From: an uncultured Candidatus Saccharibacteria bacterium
GTDB lineage: Bacteria > Patescibacteriota > Minisyncoccia > Phycocordibacterales > DATDWN01
Direction of reading: 5' to 3'
Length of the DNA: 41,836 nt
NCBI GenBank assembly: GCA_964608465.1
Contig: CAZSNI010000004.1
Span: 1 to 41,836 of the forward strand
A program made the translations under genes and the position numbers. Shown here in pieces: positions 8,302-18,209 of this stretch. How positions within the stretch are numbered: the stretch's first letter is position 1; each line of letters opens with the position of its first letter. The notes beneath the pieces are model-generated. The model saw only the letters and a program-made list of their open reading frames with translations, did not search any database and had not been told where the DNA came from.

Positions 8302-10467
8302 ATGCCGAAAAATCTAATTAAAAAACACGGGTTAAGAAACATCCTTATTTTTGCTGTTTCTTCAGGTATCATTGTGATGGGAATGCTCATTATATGGGTA
8401 TCTACGTTCAAAATCCCCTCTCTAGACACCATAGAAGCCAGAAAAATAGGTCAATCCACAAAAATCTACGATAATACAGGTAAAATACTACTATACGATG
8501 TATTCCAAAACGCAAAAAGAACAGTGGTACCTTTTGAGGAAATATCTGAAAATATAAAATCAGCCACAGTTTCTATAGAAGATAAAGATTTTTATACACA
8601 CAGTGGTTTTAAACCAACATCTTTTATTAGAGCAATTGTGGTCAACACTTTATCTGCAGAATACTCACAAGGAGGATCAACGATAACCCAGCAGGTTGTG
8701 AAAAACTCTCTATTAACAGGAGACAAAAGTTTTCTAGGAGGCCCAACAAGAAAACTTAAAGAAATAGCTCTTTCACTTAAACTAGAAAAGGTTTTGTCTA
8801 AGAATGAAATTCTTTCTATGTATCTAAATGAGAATCCTTACGGTGGCACAATATATGGAATAGAAGAAGCTAGTCAGGCTTTTTTTGGAAAATCATCAAC
8901 TGATGTAACGTTGGCCGAAGCCGCTTACCTAGCTGCAATACCACAAGCGCCGACAAGACTTTCACCTTATGGTCAAAACAAAAACAAACTTGATGAAAGA
9001 AAGAATTTAGTTCTAAAGGAAATGTTAGAGGACGGCAAACTCACTCAAGAACAGTACGAGGAGGCAGCATCTGAAGTTGTTACATTTCTACCAAAATCAA
9101 ATTCCGGTATAAAAGCTCCGCACTTTGTAATGTTTGTAAAAGACTACTTGGAAAGAAAATACGGAAAGGATGTTATTGAGCAAGGAGGACTTAGAGTTAC
9201 AACTACTCTAAATTACGAATTACAAGCAAAGGCTGAAGAAATAGCACTAAAATACGCAACTATAAATGAAAAGAATTTTAATGGCAAAAACGACGCATTT
9301 GTTGCAATAGATCCAAAAACAGGAGGAATATTGACGATGGTTGGTTCTCGAGACTATTTTGACAAGACCATGGATGGTAATTTCAATGTAACAACAGCCC
9401 ACAGACAACCTGGTTCAACGTTTAAACCTTTTGTTTATGCGCAGGCTTTAATAAAAGGTTATACATCTGAGACTGTTTTATTTGACTTAAAAACTCAATT
9501 TTCAACAAAGTGCCCGAAAGAAAACCTGACAAGCGAGAATGGTTGTTACTCCCCTAACAACTATGATGACAAGTTTAGAGGGCCAATGACACTTCGCGAA
9601 GCTCTGGCACAATCAATAAACGTACCCGCTGTTAAAACTCTATACTTAGCTGGAATCAAAGAATCAATCGCACTAGCAGAAAGCATGGGAATAACTGGCC
9701 TAGGTGATGCAAATCAATATGGGTTAACTTTGGTTCTTGGAGGTGGAGAAGTTTCTCTTCTTGAAATGACTTCTGCATATGGAGTCTTTGCAACAGAAGG
9801 AGTTAGAAATCCTTATGTAAGCATACTTAGAGTTGAAGACAGTACAGGAAAATTACTTGAAGAATATAAACCTCGACCAACAAAGGTATTAGATGCTGAA
9901 GTAGCAAGGAGTATATCTGATATATTATCTGATAATGTAGCCAGAACTCCTTTATATGGAGCAAACTCAGCTATTTACTTTGGAGAAAGACAGGTAGCTG
10001 TAAAAACTGGTACTACTAACGACTATAAAGATGCTTGGACTATTGGATACACACCTAATGTGGTAGTTGGAACATGGGCTGGAAATAACGACAACACTTC
10101 TATGGAGAAGAAAGTTTCTGGCCTTATAGTTGCTCCAATGTGGAGAGCCTTTATGGATGAGGTATTAAAAACAATACCATCTGAGAACTTTAATAAGCCC
10201 CAAAACGAAGATTCTTATGAAATAAAACCTGTGCTTAGAGGTAAGTGGCAAGGTGGTATATCAAGTGTTGTAAACAATGATTCTTCTGTAGATATACCTT
10301 ATAACTCAGTTCAAGAAACATTAAGTGGTGGAGTACACTCTATTTTATACTGGCTAGATAAAGATAATCCTAGAGAAAATACTGAAGTCATACCTGAAAA
10401 TGATCCTCAGTTCGAAAGATGGGAATACCCTATTAGATTATGGGCAACTTCTCAAGGACTGCAATAG
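8302..10467 (+). CDS. Class A penicillin-binding protein (GT51 transglycosylase + transpeptidase)
   Basis: EDKDFY, GGSTITQQVVKN, RKLKE, EILSMYLN; STFK, SIN, KTGT. Start placed at ATG 8302 (TGt-TAAAAT 7 nt upstream) because the track start at 8131 overlaps tyrS. Confidence 0.93.
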   Translation: MPKNLIKKHGLRNILIFAVSSGIIVMGMLIIWVSTFKIPSLDTIEARKIGQSTKIYDNTGKILLYDVFQNAKRTVVPFEEISENIKSATVSIEDKDFYTHSGFKPTSFIRAIVVNTLSAEYSQGGSTITQQVVKNSLLTGDKSFLGGPTRKLKEIALSLKLEKVLSKNEILSMYLNENPYGGTIYGIEEASQAFFGKSSTDVTLAEAAYLAAIPQAPTRLSPYGQNKNKLDERKNLVLKEMLEDGKLTQEQYEEAASEVVTFLPKSNSGIKAPHFVMFVKDYLERKYGKDVIEQGGLRVTTTLNYELQAKAEEIALKYATINEKNFNGKNDAFVAIDPKTGGILTMVGSRDYFDKTMDGNFNVTTAHRQPGSTFKPFVYAQALIKGYTSETVLFDLKTQFSTKCPKENLTSENGCYSPNNYDDKFRGPMTLREALAQSINVPAVKTLYLAGIKESIALAESMGITGLGDANQYGLTLVLGGGEVSLLEMTSAYGVFATEGVRNPYVSILRVEDSTGKLLEEYKPRPTKVLDAEVARSISDILSDNVARTPLYGANSAIYFGERQVAVKTGTTNDYKDAWTIGYTPNVVVGTWAGNNDNTSMEKKVSGLIVAPMWRAFMDEVLKTIPSENFNKPQNEDSYEIKPVLRGKWQGGISSVVNNDSSVDIPYNSVQETLSGGVHSILYWLDKDNPRENTEVIPENDPQFERWEYPIRLWATSQGLQ

Positions 10468-10722
10468 CTACCTGATTTCTATATTTTTAAGTGCAGAATT
10501 TTCTTCTATATCTTTTACTATTGATTCTTTAAAGATAAAAATTTTATTTTTAATTCCTGGTGAGGTTTTTAATAAAACTAAATTACTTTTTAACTCAAAA
10601 TCAGAAGATTTTAAATCTAAATCAGTATGTTTTTTAATTATTTCTATAATAGTATTATTTAGTATTTCTCCTGATTCTAGGTTTTTTTTAAATTTTTCTA
10701 AGTATTTAGATATATTTAGCAT
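10468..10722 (-). CDS. Small protein downstream of dnaN, probable DciA/DUF721-like (DnaA_N-fold) protein
   Basis: 84 aa; helix-beta-beta-helix pattern (FELKSNLVLLKTSPGIKNKIFIFKESIVKDI); position in the dnaA-dnaN cluster. Family call is inference. Confidence 0.55.
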   Translation of the reverse strand: MLNISKYLEKFKKNLESGEILNNTIIEIIKKHTDLDLKSSDFELKSNLVLLKTSPGIKNKIFIFKESIVKDIEENSALKNIEIR

Positions 10723-10745
10723 AATTTGTATTTTTAAAATTAGTT

Positions 10746-10848
10746 AAATTGCCTTAGATACTAGGCGCTGGAGATTTTGAGAGTGAGCCTTACTGATAGT
10801 AAGGTGAATAAACAAAATTGAACAGCAACAACGTAGATAGGGTAATTT
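10746..10848. repeat. Palindromic intergenic element, copy 1
   Basis: AGATAC...GCCTTAC-tgata-GTAAGGTGA...GTAGAT; extra pairings ATTTTG/CAAAAT and GCTG/CAGC; near-inverted termini; related to 33531-33656. Confidence 0.7.
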
Positions 10849-10857
10849 TACTAATTT

Positions 10858-11958
10858 TTACTTATTCATTGGCATAACTAGATACAAAAATGATTTATCG
10901 GAAACACCTTGTATAACCATAGGTCTGTTTGTGTCTGAGAAAGTAAGACTTATACTGTCTGCATCAATAGATTGGAAGCAATCGGTTATATACTTGTAGT
11001 TGAAACTTATAGTTAAATCCTCCCCTTTTAGTACAGCATCTAGGTTACTTGTGTTTTCTCCAACATCCATATTTTTAGTTGAAATTTTAAACATTTTGTT
11101 TTTTGGGGATATTTGAAAAGTAACCTGACTGAATTTATCAGCAAATATATTAGATATTTTAAGTGAACTTATAAAATCTTGCTTTAAGACGGTTACTTCT
11201 GTTTTTACTTCCTTAGGTATTATTTGTTTGTAGTCTGGAAAAACACCATCAATCACACGTGAGGTTATATATACTTCATTAAATGAAAAAGCAATTTGGT
11301 TTTCATTTAAAAAAACAGTGACATCATCTTTTGTATCTTCTAGTGTTCTAATAATCTCACTTATATTTTTAAATGGAATTAGTATTTGATTAAACTCTTT
11401 GTGTTTTTTAACACCTATTCTCTTTTCACTTAATCTAAATGAGTCTGTTGCCACAAAAACAACATCATCATCTTCAGATAAAACCAAAACACTAGATAAT
11501 GTTGGTCTTATTGTAGAGGTAGAAGCACTGTACATAACTGACTTTAAGCCCTTTATTAAATTAGGAGCATTAAAAGTAAAAGGATTTTCATTAGTAACTT
11601 TTGGTATATTTGGAAAATCATCTATAGGAAATGATTTTATTATAGATTCAGAATGGTTAGTAGACACTCTTAAATTACCCTCTATCTCCTCTAGAGTTAC
11701 ATTCTTATCATTAATAATATTCGATATAAAACTGTATAAAACTGAGCCGGAAACAGCTATTTTGCCTGGTTTATTAACTTTAACAGGAATACTTATCTCG
11801 ATACCTAGATCTAGATTTGTTGCTCTTATAGTAAGTAAGGAGTCTTTTGCTTCTAAAAGTACACAACTTAAAATAGGTAGAGTTATATTCTTACCAGTAA
11901 TTTTCTCTACCTTTCCAATAGCGTATGAAAGTTTATCTTTTATGCATTCAATATTCAT
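10858..11958 (-). CDS. dnaN: DNA polymerase III beta clamp
   Basis: LPILSCVLL, ATNLDLGI, VATDSFRLS, SRVIDGVFPDY, YLVMPM. Confidence 0.97.
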   Translation of the reverse strand: MNIECIKDKLSYAIGKVEKITGKNITLPILSCVLLEAKDSLLTIRATNLDLGIEISIPVKVNKPGKIAVSGSVLYSFISNIINDKNVTLEEIEGNLRVSTNHSESIIKSFPIDDFPNIPKVTNENPFTFNAPNLIKGLKSVMYSASTSTIRPTLSSVLVLSEDDDVVFVATDSFRLSEKRIGVKKHKEFNQILIPFKNISEIIRTLEDTKDDVTVFLNENQIAFSFNEVYITSRVIDGVFPDYKQIIPKEVKTEVTVLKQDFISSLKISNIFADKFSQVTFQISPKNKMFKISTKNMDVGENTSNLDAVLKGEDLTISFNYKYITDCFQSIDADSISLTFSDTNRPMVIQGVSDKSFLYLVMPMNK

Positions 11959-12176
11959 AGTATTAGTTTATTTATTTTATTTAAAGAATTCTAACTATAT
12001 ATACTGTGTATAACTGGATAACTCTGTAAAACCTATATTTGTAGCAGTATATTTGGATTAGTGCTGTGGATAAATCCATTAAAACAACTTATAAGATTTT
12101 TTTGAAACCTTATAATCAACACCTTTTATATATTTACTAAGAACTTATATACACACTATACACAATCTTTTACACA
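11959..12176. other. oriC candidate: DnaA-box cluster between dnaA and dnaN
   Basis: TGTGTATAA 12005-12013, TGTGGATAA 12065-12073, one-mismatch boxes ATATACACA 12147-12155, CTATACACA 12156-12164, TTTTACACA 12168-12176; AT-rich tract ~11959-12000. Confidence 0.8.
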
Positions 12177-13510
12177 AAGATAGACCTTAATTGGTTTATC
12201 TCTTGAACCAAAATTTCATCGGTTTTTATATCATTTTTTATTTTTTCACATGAATGCATAACTGTAGTGTGGTCTCTACCACCAAGTTTTTCTCCTATGG
12301 CAGGGAAAGATATATTAAAATCCTCCCTAAGTATGTACATTATTATTTGTCTCGGTTTAATAATCTCTTTTTTACGAGTTTTATCGTATATAAGCTGCTC
12401 TTCTATGTTATAAAATTCAGAAACAGTCTTAACGACCTCTTTAATAGAAATAATCTTCTTAGGTTTGGTGTTATTTTTAACAAAACTTTTAACCTCAGCA
12501 AGAGTTAATTCCCTACCCTTTAGTTGTGATTGGCAAGTAATTGAGTTTATTGTGCCTTCTAATTCTCTTATGTTTCCATTTATAGAGTAAGCAAGATATT
12601 CAACCACATCTTTTGCTAAAGGATACTCACTAGCGTTCAATTTAGCCTTAATTATGGCTATTCTAGACTCATTATCTGGTGTAGGTATATCTACAGTCAT
12701 TCCAGCACTAAATCTAGATTTTAAACGGTCCTCAAGGTCTTGTATTAAGGCGGGATGTTTATCTGAAGAAAAGATTATTTGTTTGTTGTTTTCATATAAG
12801 TGGTTAAACAAATGAAAAAGTTCTTCCTGAGTCTTCATTTTTCCAGAGAAAAATTGTACGTCATCCATAATAAGCACATCATATTTCCTGTATTTCTCCT
12901 TAAAGAAGTTTGGTTTGTTTGATTGAATAGCATTTATTAACTCCTGTGAAAATTTTTCAGAAGTAGTGTAAAAAACTTTTCTACCTCCAGAAGATTTCAA
13001 GTAATTCCCCATCGCTTGTATTAGGTGAGTTTTTCCATGCCCAGTTCCTCCATATATAAATAAAGGGTTATAGACAATTCCAGGCTTCTTTATTACCGCT
13101 TGAGATGCTGCGTAAGCGAACTCATTGAATGGCCCAACAACAAAAGTATCAAAGGTATACCTCGGGTTTAAGTTATCTTCTTTGTTTATGTATGTATCTG
13201 CTATTGGTAGTTCGCGCGTAATTGGTTGAGGTTTTTCTGAGAAGGCCTTTTCCCTCATCTCCTCTTTGGAGATTACATAGTTAAGTGATTGAACGTTACT
13301 AGACAGGTTTCTGAGAGTTTTAAGTATGGCGTTATGGAATTTACTAGATAACCAGTCTTGAACGAAAGTGTTTGGAACCCCCAAATGAACAGTTCCATTT
13401 TCTTGCTTAACAATAAACGTATCTTTGAACCAAGTGTTGAAGTTTGGTTTAGATAAAGTTAATTCCATCTCAACCAAAACACCATCCCAAAGTTTTTTAT
13501 TGTCCATCAT
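12170..13510 (-). CDS. dnaA: Chromosomal replication initiator DnaA
   Basis: LNPRYTFDTFVVG, YNPLFIYGGTGHGKTHL, DVLIMDDVQF, NIRELEG, GGRDHTTVMH. Confidence 0.98.
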   Translation of the reverse strand: MMDNKKLWDGVLVEMELTLSKPNFNTWFKDTFIVKQENGTVHLGVPNTFVQDWLSSKFHNAILKTLRNLSSNVQSLNYVISKEEMREKAFSEKPQPITRELPIADTYINKEDNLNPRYTFDTFVVGPFNEFAYAASQAVIKKPGIVYNPLFIYGGTGHGKTHLIQAMGNYLKSSGGRKVFYTTSEKFSQELINAIQSNKPNFFKEKYRKYDVLIMDDVQFFSGKMKTQEELFHLFNHLYENNKQIIFSSDKHPALIQDLEDRLKSRFSAGMTVDIPTPDNESRIAIIKAKLNASEYPLAKDVVEYLAYSINGNIRELEGTINSITCQSQLKGRELTLAEVKSFVKNNTKPKKIISIKEVVKTVSEFYNIEEQLIYDKTRKKEIIKPRQIIMYILREDFNISFPAIGEKLGGRDHTTVMHSCEKIKNDIKTDEILVQEINQLRSIFV

Positions 13511-13621
13511 AATCTAGATATTATATAGAAAAGAAAAAAAGATAGCACTTGTTAAAAACATTCATTTATGTTAATAATGTGTGTACAAGGTGTTAATAAC
13601 AATAAAAGATAATTTTACAAC

Positions 13622-13759
13622 ATGTCTCAAACATATCAACCAAAAAAGAGAAAGAGAGCAAAGTCACACGGATTTCTTACGAGAAGTAAGTCAGCTGTAG
13701 GTAGAAAGACGCTTCTAAGACGAAGAAGAAAGGGACGAGCAAAATTGTCTACTGTATAG
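13622..13759 (+). CDS. rpmH: 50S ribosomal protein L34 (missed by the ORF track, 45 aa)
   Basis: Manual translation: [45 protein letters not shown]. Confidence 0.96.
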   Translation: MSQTYQPKKRKRAKSHGFLTRSKSAVGRKTLLRRRRKGRAKLSTV

Positions 13760-13788
13760 CACATAATATTCCCTATTACTTCTATAAA

Positions 13789-14136
13789 ATGTTGCCTAAA
13801 ACAAGAAGAATAGAGAGAAAATACTTCAGTCATATTTTAAGCTCAGGTAAAAGGTATAACTCCCAGTCTTTTACCCTTTATATCTCTAAAATTGAGGATA
13901 GTAGCCCTAAAAACCACTCAAGGGTGGCTTTCTCTGTGTCAAAAAAGGTTGTTAAAACAGCAGTTGGTAGGAATAAACAGAGAAGAAGGGGTTATTCTGC
14001 TATATCTAAAGTCTACCCCACAGTAAAACCAGGGTATTTCCTATTTTTTGTATATAAAAAGGGTTTTGAAATAGACTACAGTTCTCTAGAGAAAGAAATA
14101 AGCGCATTACTTTCACACTCTCTTGTGATAATATAG
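13789..14136 (+). CDS. rnpA: RNase P protein component
   Basis: RVAFSVSKKVVKTAVGRNKQRR (RNR-type motif); rpmH-rnpA-yidC synteny. Confidence 0.92.
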   Translation: MLPKTRRIERKYFSHILSSGKRYNSQSFTLYISKIEDSSPKNHSRVAFSVSKKVVKTAVGRNKQRRRGYSAISKVYPTVKPGYFLFFVYKKGFEIDYSSLEKEISALLSHSLVII

Positions 14137-14140
14137 TCAA

Positions 14141-14860
14141 ATGACTTCAATATTTCACACACTTGTTTCTGAGCCTCTTTATAGCGGCCTTGTTTTCCTT
14201 ATAAACTCACTTTCTTTTTTTGATGTTGGTGTTGTAATAATTATATTTACAATTATTACCAAGATTATACTTCTCCCCCTTTCTATTAAAGCATCAAAAG
14301 CACAATTAGAAATGAAAGGTGCGGAAAAAGACCTTGCAGTAATAAAGCAGAAATACACTGACAAAACAGAACAGGGTGTTAAGGTGATGGAATACTACAA
14401 GGAAAAAGGAATTAATCCTTTTTCTGGAATATTGGTGCTCATAATTCAACTGCCCATACTAATCGGTCTTTATAGAGTTTTTTTGGGATTACCAAAAATT
14501 AACCCGGATTATCTTTACAGTTTTATACCAGTTCCAGAGACGATAAACATGATGTTTTTAGGTTTTGTTAATATGGCGGAAAAAAGCCTTGTTTTGGCCC
14601 TTTTGGTTGGTATAAGTACATACATTCAAACAAGCATTGCTAGTTCTGGTCAAAATCAGGTAAGCGATGGTAGTAAGCAGGGTGAGCTAGCAAAAGCAAT
14701 GGCATTTCAGATGAAATACTTCCTTCCTCCGTTTATTGCGATCATTGTATACAACATCTCCTCTGCTGTAGCTTTATATCTACTAGTAAGTAACACATTC
14801 TCAATTCTTCAAGAGTTGTATATAAAGCGAAGATATCACAAGAGTATCGTGGTTGTTTAA
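14141..14860 (+). CDS. yidC: Membrane protein insertase YidC/Oxa1 (short form)
   Basis: IIFTIITKIILLPL, YKEKGINPFSGIL..IIQLPILIGLY, ALYLLVSN.FSILQ. Confidence 0.93.
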   Translation: MTSIFHTLVSEPLYSGLVFLINSLSFFDVGVVIIIFTIITKIILLPLSIKASKAQLEMKGAEKDLAVIKQKYTDKTEQGVKVMEYYKEKGINPFSGILVLIIQLPILIGLYRVFLGLPKINPDYLYSFIPVPETINMMFLGFVNMAEKSLVLALLVGISTYIQTSIASSGQNQVSDGSKQGELAKAMAFQMKYFLPPFIAIIVYNISSAVALYLLVSNTFSILQELYIKRRYHKSIVVV

Positions 14861-14867
14861 ACTGAAA

Positions 14868-16091
14868 CTATTTAGTAAGGTCTAGGCTCCAAAGAGAGTT
14901 GTCTCTTTTGTTTATAAACACTAGGTATTGATCATTGTCTGAAAGAACTGGTTTAACCACATCAATATTCTCACCAGATTCTTTGTTCAAATCCGCAACT
15001 ATCATTGAGGTTTTATTTTCTAGGTCATATTTCCAAACATCGTCATTTGTTGAAATATTACCTTTGTACCAATTTGTAAGTTCGCCGGCACCTATAAAGT
15101 TTTTAGGAACTGCACAGTATACAAATTTAGTATCCTTTTTACCCCATGCACATTTCTCAGGGAACGTTGCTGGAGCTGCGTTGTCACTTGCCATAGTTTT
15201 AATATCATAAGTATACATAAGAGCCCCTTCCCCTTGATCTAAGTATAGAACACTTGTACCGGCAGGATTTGCTAGTGTAGATAATCCATTTATATTTCCA
15301 AGAACTTTTCGAGTGGCTCCAGTGTTTGTATCTATAAAATACATAAATCCAGGTATGCTCTGCTCTGGTTTTGTGGTTAGTGCAACTGTCTTAGTGTTTA
15401 CATATTGAGAGAGCAGTTCTTTTATAGGAGAATTCCAGATTTGTTTTTTGTTTTTTCCATCAAAATTAGAAACATAACCATAGGAGGCATTACTTACTTG
15501 CTCTAAATAAAACATACTAGTTCCAAAAGTAGAAACACTAGAAATATTGAGCGGCATAGCTGTACCGGATATTGTGTTTTCTGTCGTAGTGCTTATGTTT
15601 TTTAAAGTAATTGAGTAGGTGTCTACTGTGGTGTCATCCTCTTTAAGGTATTGAGCCACTAAAGAGTCATTTTTATTGCCCCAAAAAGCTTCGTACACCA
15701 TTGGGATTGTAGTGTTGGATATTCTACCTGCTCTAGGAGAAAAAAGTTCTACTTCGTATATGTGTCCAGTTGCTCTTTCTATGTATCTTAAAACAGATCC
15801 AGCTTTAACATCTACTAATCCAGCCCCCGCAACTTGTTCAGAAGTAATTTTTCTTAGTTTCTGGTTAAAATCAGTGGTTACAGGTGGTGGGATGTCGTCA
15901 GTGCTGTCGCTTGGTGTGCCGTCATTGTTTGTTACAGGATCTCCCCCAAAAGGAAAGAAGTTTTTAAACACATTGTTTACACTAGGGGTTGAACCGTCTG
16001 GGTTTTTTGCTAGTAAATAGTAAGAAAAAAGTAATGCAAGAATGATAACTAATACAACCGAAATAATTATATAAATTGTTTTTTTAGACAT
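14868..16091 (-). CDS. Membrane-anchored hypothetical protein, probable beta-propeller
   Basis: Start at ATG 16091 (MSKKTIYIII...); N-terminal TM, Pro/Asp linker, beta-strand-rich repeats, CAW...YCAVP; last gene of the T4SS-like cluster. Confidence 0.8.
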   Translation of the reverse strand: MSKKTIYIIISVVLVIILALLFSYYLLAKNPDGSTPSVNNVFKNFFPFGGDPVTNNDGTPSDSTDDIPPPVTTDFNQKLRKITSEQVAGAGLVDVKAGSVLRYIERATGHIYEVELFSPRAGRISNTTIPMVYEAFWGNKNDSLVAQYLKEDDTTVDTYSITLKNISTTTENTISGTAMPLNISSVSTFGTSMFYLEQVSNASYGYVSNFDGKNKKQIWNSPIKELLSQYVNTKTVALTTKPEQSIPGFMYFIDTNTGATRKVLGNINGLSTLANPAGTSVLYLDQGEGALMYTYDIKTMASDNAAPATFPEKCAWGKKDTKFVYCAVPKNFIGAGELTNWYKGNISTNDDVWKYDLENKTSMIVADLNKESGENIDVVKPVLSDNDQYLVFINKRDNSLWSLDLTK

Positions 16092-16095
16092 AATT

Positions 16096-17142
16096 TTAGA
16101 ATTGAATGTGCCAATGGTTTCCAGTAGCTCTACCATTATCCCCTGTGACTTCATATGTAGCCGTGCCTCCCCCAGGAATACTCACTGAAGTTGCTGGTAT
16201 GTAACCAGGAGTTCCTCTGACTCCAGAAGCACCCCTTGGAGTTCTAGCTTGAGGGTTAGTTCTTGCAAAGTAAGTTCTGATTGATTGGCTGTCGGAAATA
16301 TCTACATTTGCTATGTTTGGACCGTGTGTTGCGTGTCCTCCTTCGGCACCACCTGTAACTTGTAAGTAGCAGTCAGCAACAACAGATGAACAAGCATTTT
16401 TTATGGCTTTTAGTCTGCTTATTGCAAGTGGTGGTAATCCAACTAAGTTTGTACAACCAGTTATTCCTCCAGTTGCACATGCACCCGCGTTTACCTCAAC
16501 GGTGTCAGGCACAGCATTTAAAACACCGCGTAGTCGATCGTTTTCAGTAACTTGTGCAGCTGTTAATGTGTATCCATTCAAGATTCTTGTTCCATTGGCA
16601 TTTGTTCTGTACGTACAACAAGGCGCAGCTCCAGTTACTCCCCCCGTGCCACCTGTACCACCAGTTCCTCCTGTACCGCCCGGTCCTGGAGGAGCGACAA
16701 CAAATCTATCTATGCCTAACCTAAAACTAAGAATTTGTGGGTTTATGGTTTGCAAAATTACATAAGCACCAATAACTAGCAAAAGTCCCCACAGAGCGTT
16801 CTCAATAAGCTCTCTACCTTTAGATTTACCACTAAGCGCATCCGATGTAGCATATGTCACTCCCCCAACCGTGATAACGATGAATGCTAGTGCCACAGCA
16901 ATACCAATAGTTAAATTAAAGGCGTTAGGTAGATAGGTTTCTAAGTTGGAGCATTCTGTTGTCACTGTAACCCCTTGGTTATTTACGACATTACAATTAA
17001 AGGTTGTGCCAGGAAGTGGAACTAAAACAGCATAGTCTGGAACAGTTTGAGTTGCCTGCGCTGAAACATCTTTACTTACTGGTAAAAGGAGAAGAACTAG
17101 TGCTAGTAACAGTATTGTTTTTTTAATGAATTTTAAAGACAT
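16096..17142 (-). CDS. VirB2/TrbC-like pilin fused to a putative Zn-dependent Hedgehog/DD-peptidase (M15-like) domain
   Basis: Signal peptide; two-TM pilin block (NAFNLTIGIAVALAFIVITVGG...KGRELIENALWGLLLVIGAYVILQTINPQ); (GGT)n linker; VTGGAEGGHATH...VD...HWH C-terminus. Confidence 0.7.
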   Translation of the reverse strand: MSLKFIKKTILLLALVLLLLPVSKDVSAQATQTVPDYAVLVPLPGTTFNCNVVNNQGVTVTTECSNLETYLPNAFNLTIGIAVALAFIVITVGGVTYATSDALSGKSKGRELIENALWGLLLVIGAYVILQTINPQILSFRLGIDRFVVAPPGPGGTGGTGGTGGTGGVTGAAPCCTYRTNANGTRILNGYTLTAAQVTENDRLRGVLNAVPDTVEVNAGACATGGITGCTNLVGLPPLAISRLKAIKNACSSVVADCYLQVTGGAEGGHATHGPNIANVDISDSQSIRTYFARTNPQARTPRGASGVRGTPGYIPATSVSIPGGGTATYEVTGDNGRATGNHWHIQF

Positions 17143-17145
17143 AAA

Positions 17146-18168
17146 CTAATTGTTTTCGTTATTAAAAACCAGGCTAAAGGTATTCGAACTTGATTGTAGT
17201 ATTTTATCTAGATTTTCAACATTTAGAGATATGTTCGATGAACCTCTGGTCCCGTCACTAGGTCTGAATGTTTGGATCCACTGGCTTTTTTCATTACCTA
17301 GAGGATTGCCATTAATAAACCAACTGTTTACAAGAGATTTTGAAGCGTGAGCCTCTCTGTCGAAAAAGAATGGTACACCCACGACTGTTATTTCGTTTAT
17401 TCCATTTAGAATCAAACTTTTATCTAAAACTTTCTGGAACTGGATGCCATAAGTCGGGTCTTTTTTATACATAACCACGTAAGGTTCTACAGGGTTAATT
17501 ACTATACTTCCGTAAGCTTCCCCACTATCAGATGATACTTCTACGTTTACAGTCATTGGTCTAGATATAATAGAACCTTCGAGAGTAATACTGTTTTTAC
17601 CAAAACCAGATGCAGTTTCTATAACGGAACCATTTCTTTTCCATTTGTATACAAGATTTTTAGGATTCAACTCTGCACCATTTGAACCGAGTATGTGTGG
17701 AAAAGCTATTATGGTTACTTTGTTTTGGTGTGCAAAAAGAGCTTTACCTTTATAAAAAGGAGGAACGAAACCGTGACTTTCCCACATTAGGTCAACACTA
17801 GCAGGTCTAATCTTGAAGTTTTTCTGTATTGTTCCAGAGTCAGTAGTTTTTACTGTGATGTCCAAGGTTGTTACTTGTCCCTCTAGTCCCATAGTAAAGT
17901 TAAATATTTTCTCCCCAACTCCAGTTTTTATAGTTTTACCATTTACTTTCCAGGTGATTGTTGCTGTGTCTATGTTCGATGCATAGCTAGTTAGATAAAC
18001 ATATACAGAGTCCCCTGCTTTGGGTATTTCTGGCACCATTTGAATATTTAATATTTCAGATACACCAAGACCCTGACCAGTTACTCTTCCAGAGAAGCCA
18101 AAGAAACATAAAATAAAGGAGAGGCAAATAGTTGAAATAAAAATAGCACGTTTCATCTCTATAATCAT
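17146..18168 (-). CDS. Secreted/membrane hypothetical protein with tandem Ig/PKD-like beta domains
   Basis: Signal peptide; repeated P..G..V...ITW..NG and YKW..NG / SWFING motifs. Confidence 0.75.
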   Translation of the reverse strand: MIIEMKRAIFISTICLSFILCFFGFSGRVTGQGLGVSEILNIQMVPEIPKAGDSVYVYLTSYASNIDTATITWKVNGKTIKTGVGEKIFNFTMGLEGQVTTLDITVKTTDSGTIQKNFKIRPASVDLMWESHGFVPPFYKGKALFAHQNKVTIIAFPHILGSNGAELNPKNLVYKWKRNGSVIETASGFGKNSITLEGSIISRPMTVNVEVSSDSGEAYGSIVINPVEPYVVMYKKDPTYGIQFQKVLDKSLILNGINEITVVGVPFFFDREAHASKSLVNSWFINGNPLGNEKSQWIQTFRPSDGTRGSSNISLNVENLDKILQSSSNTFSLVFNNENN

Positions 18169-18209
18169 AGCACCCAGTTTAGAATAATTATATTACTTTA
18201 TACACAATA

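Noticed and set aside
10400-10747. 115-aa plus-strand ORF
   Set aside because: Overlaps the PBP end and is antisense to the DciA-like gene; no family motif.
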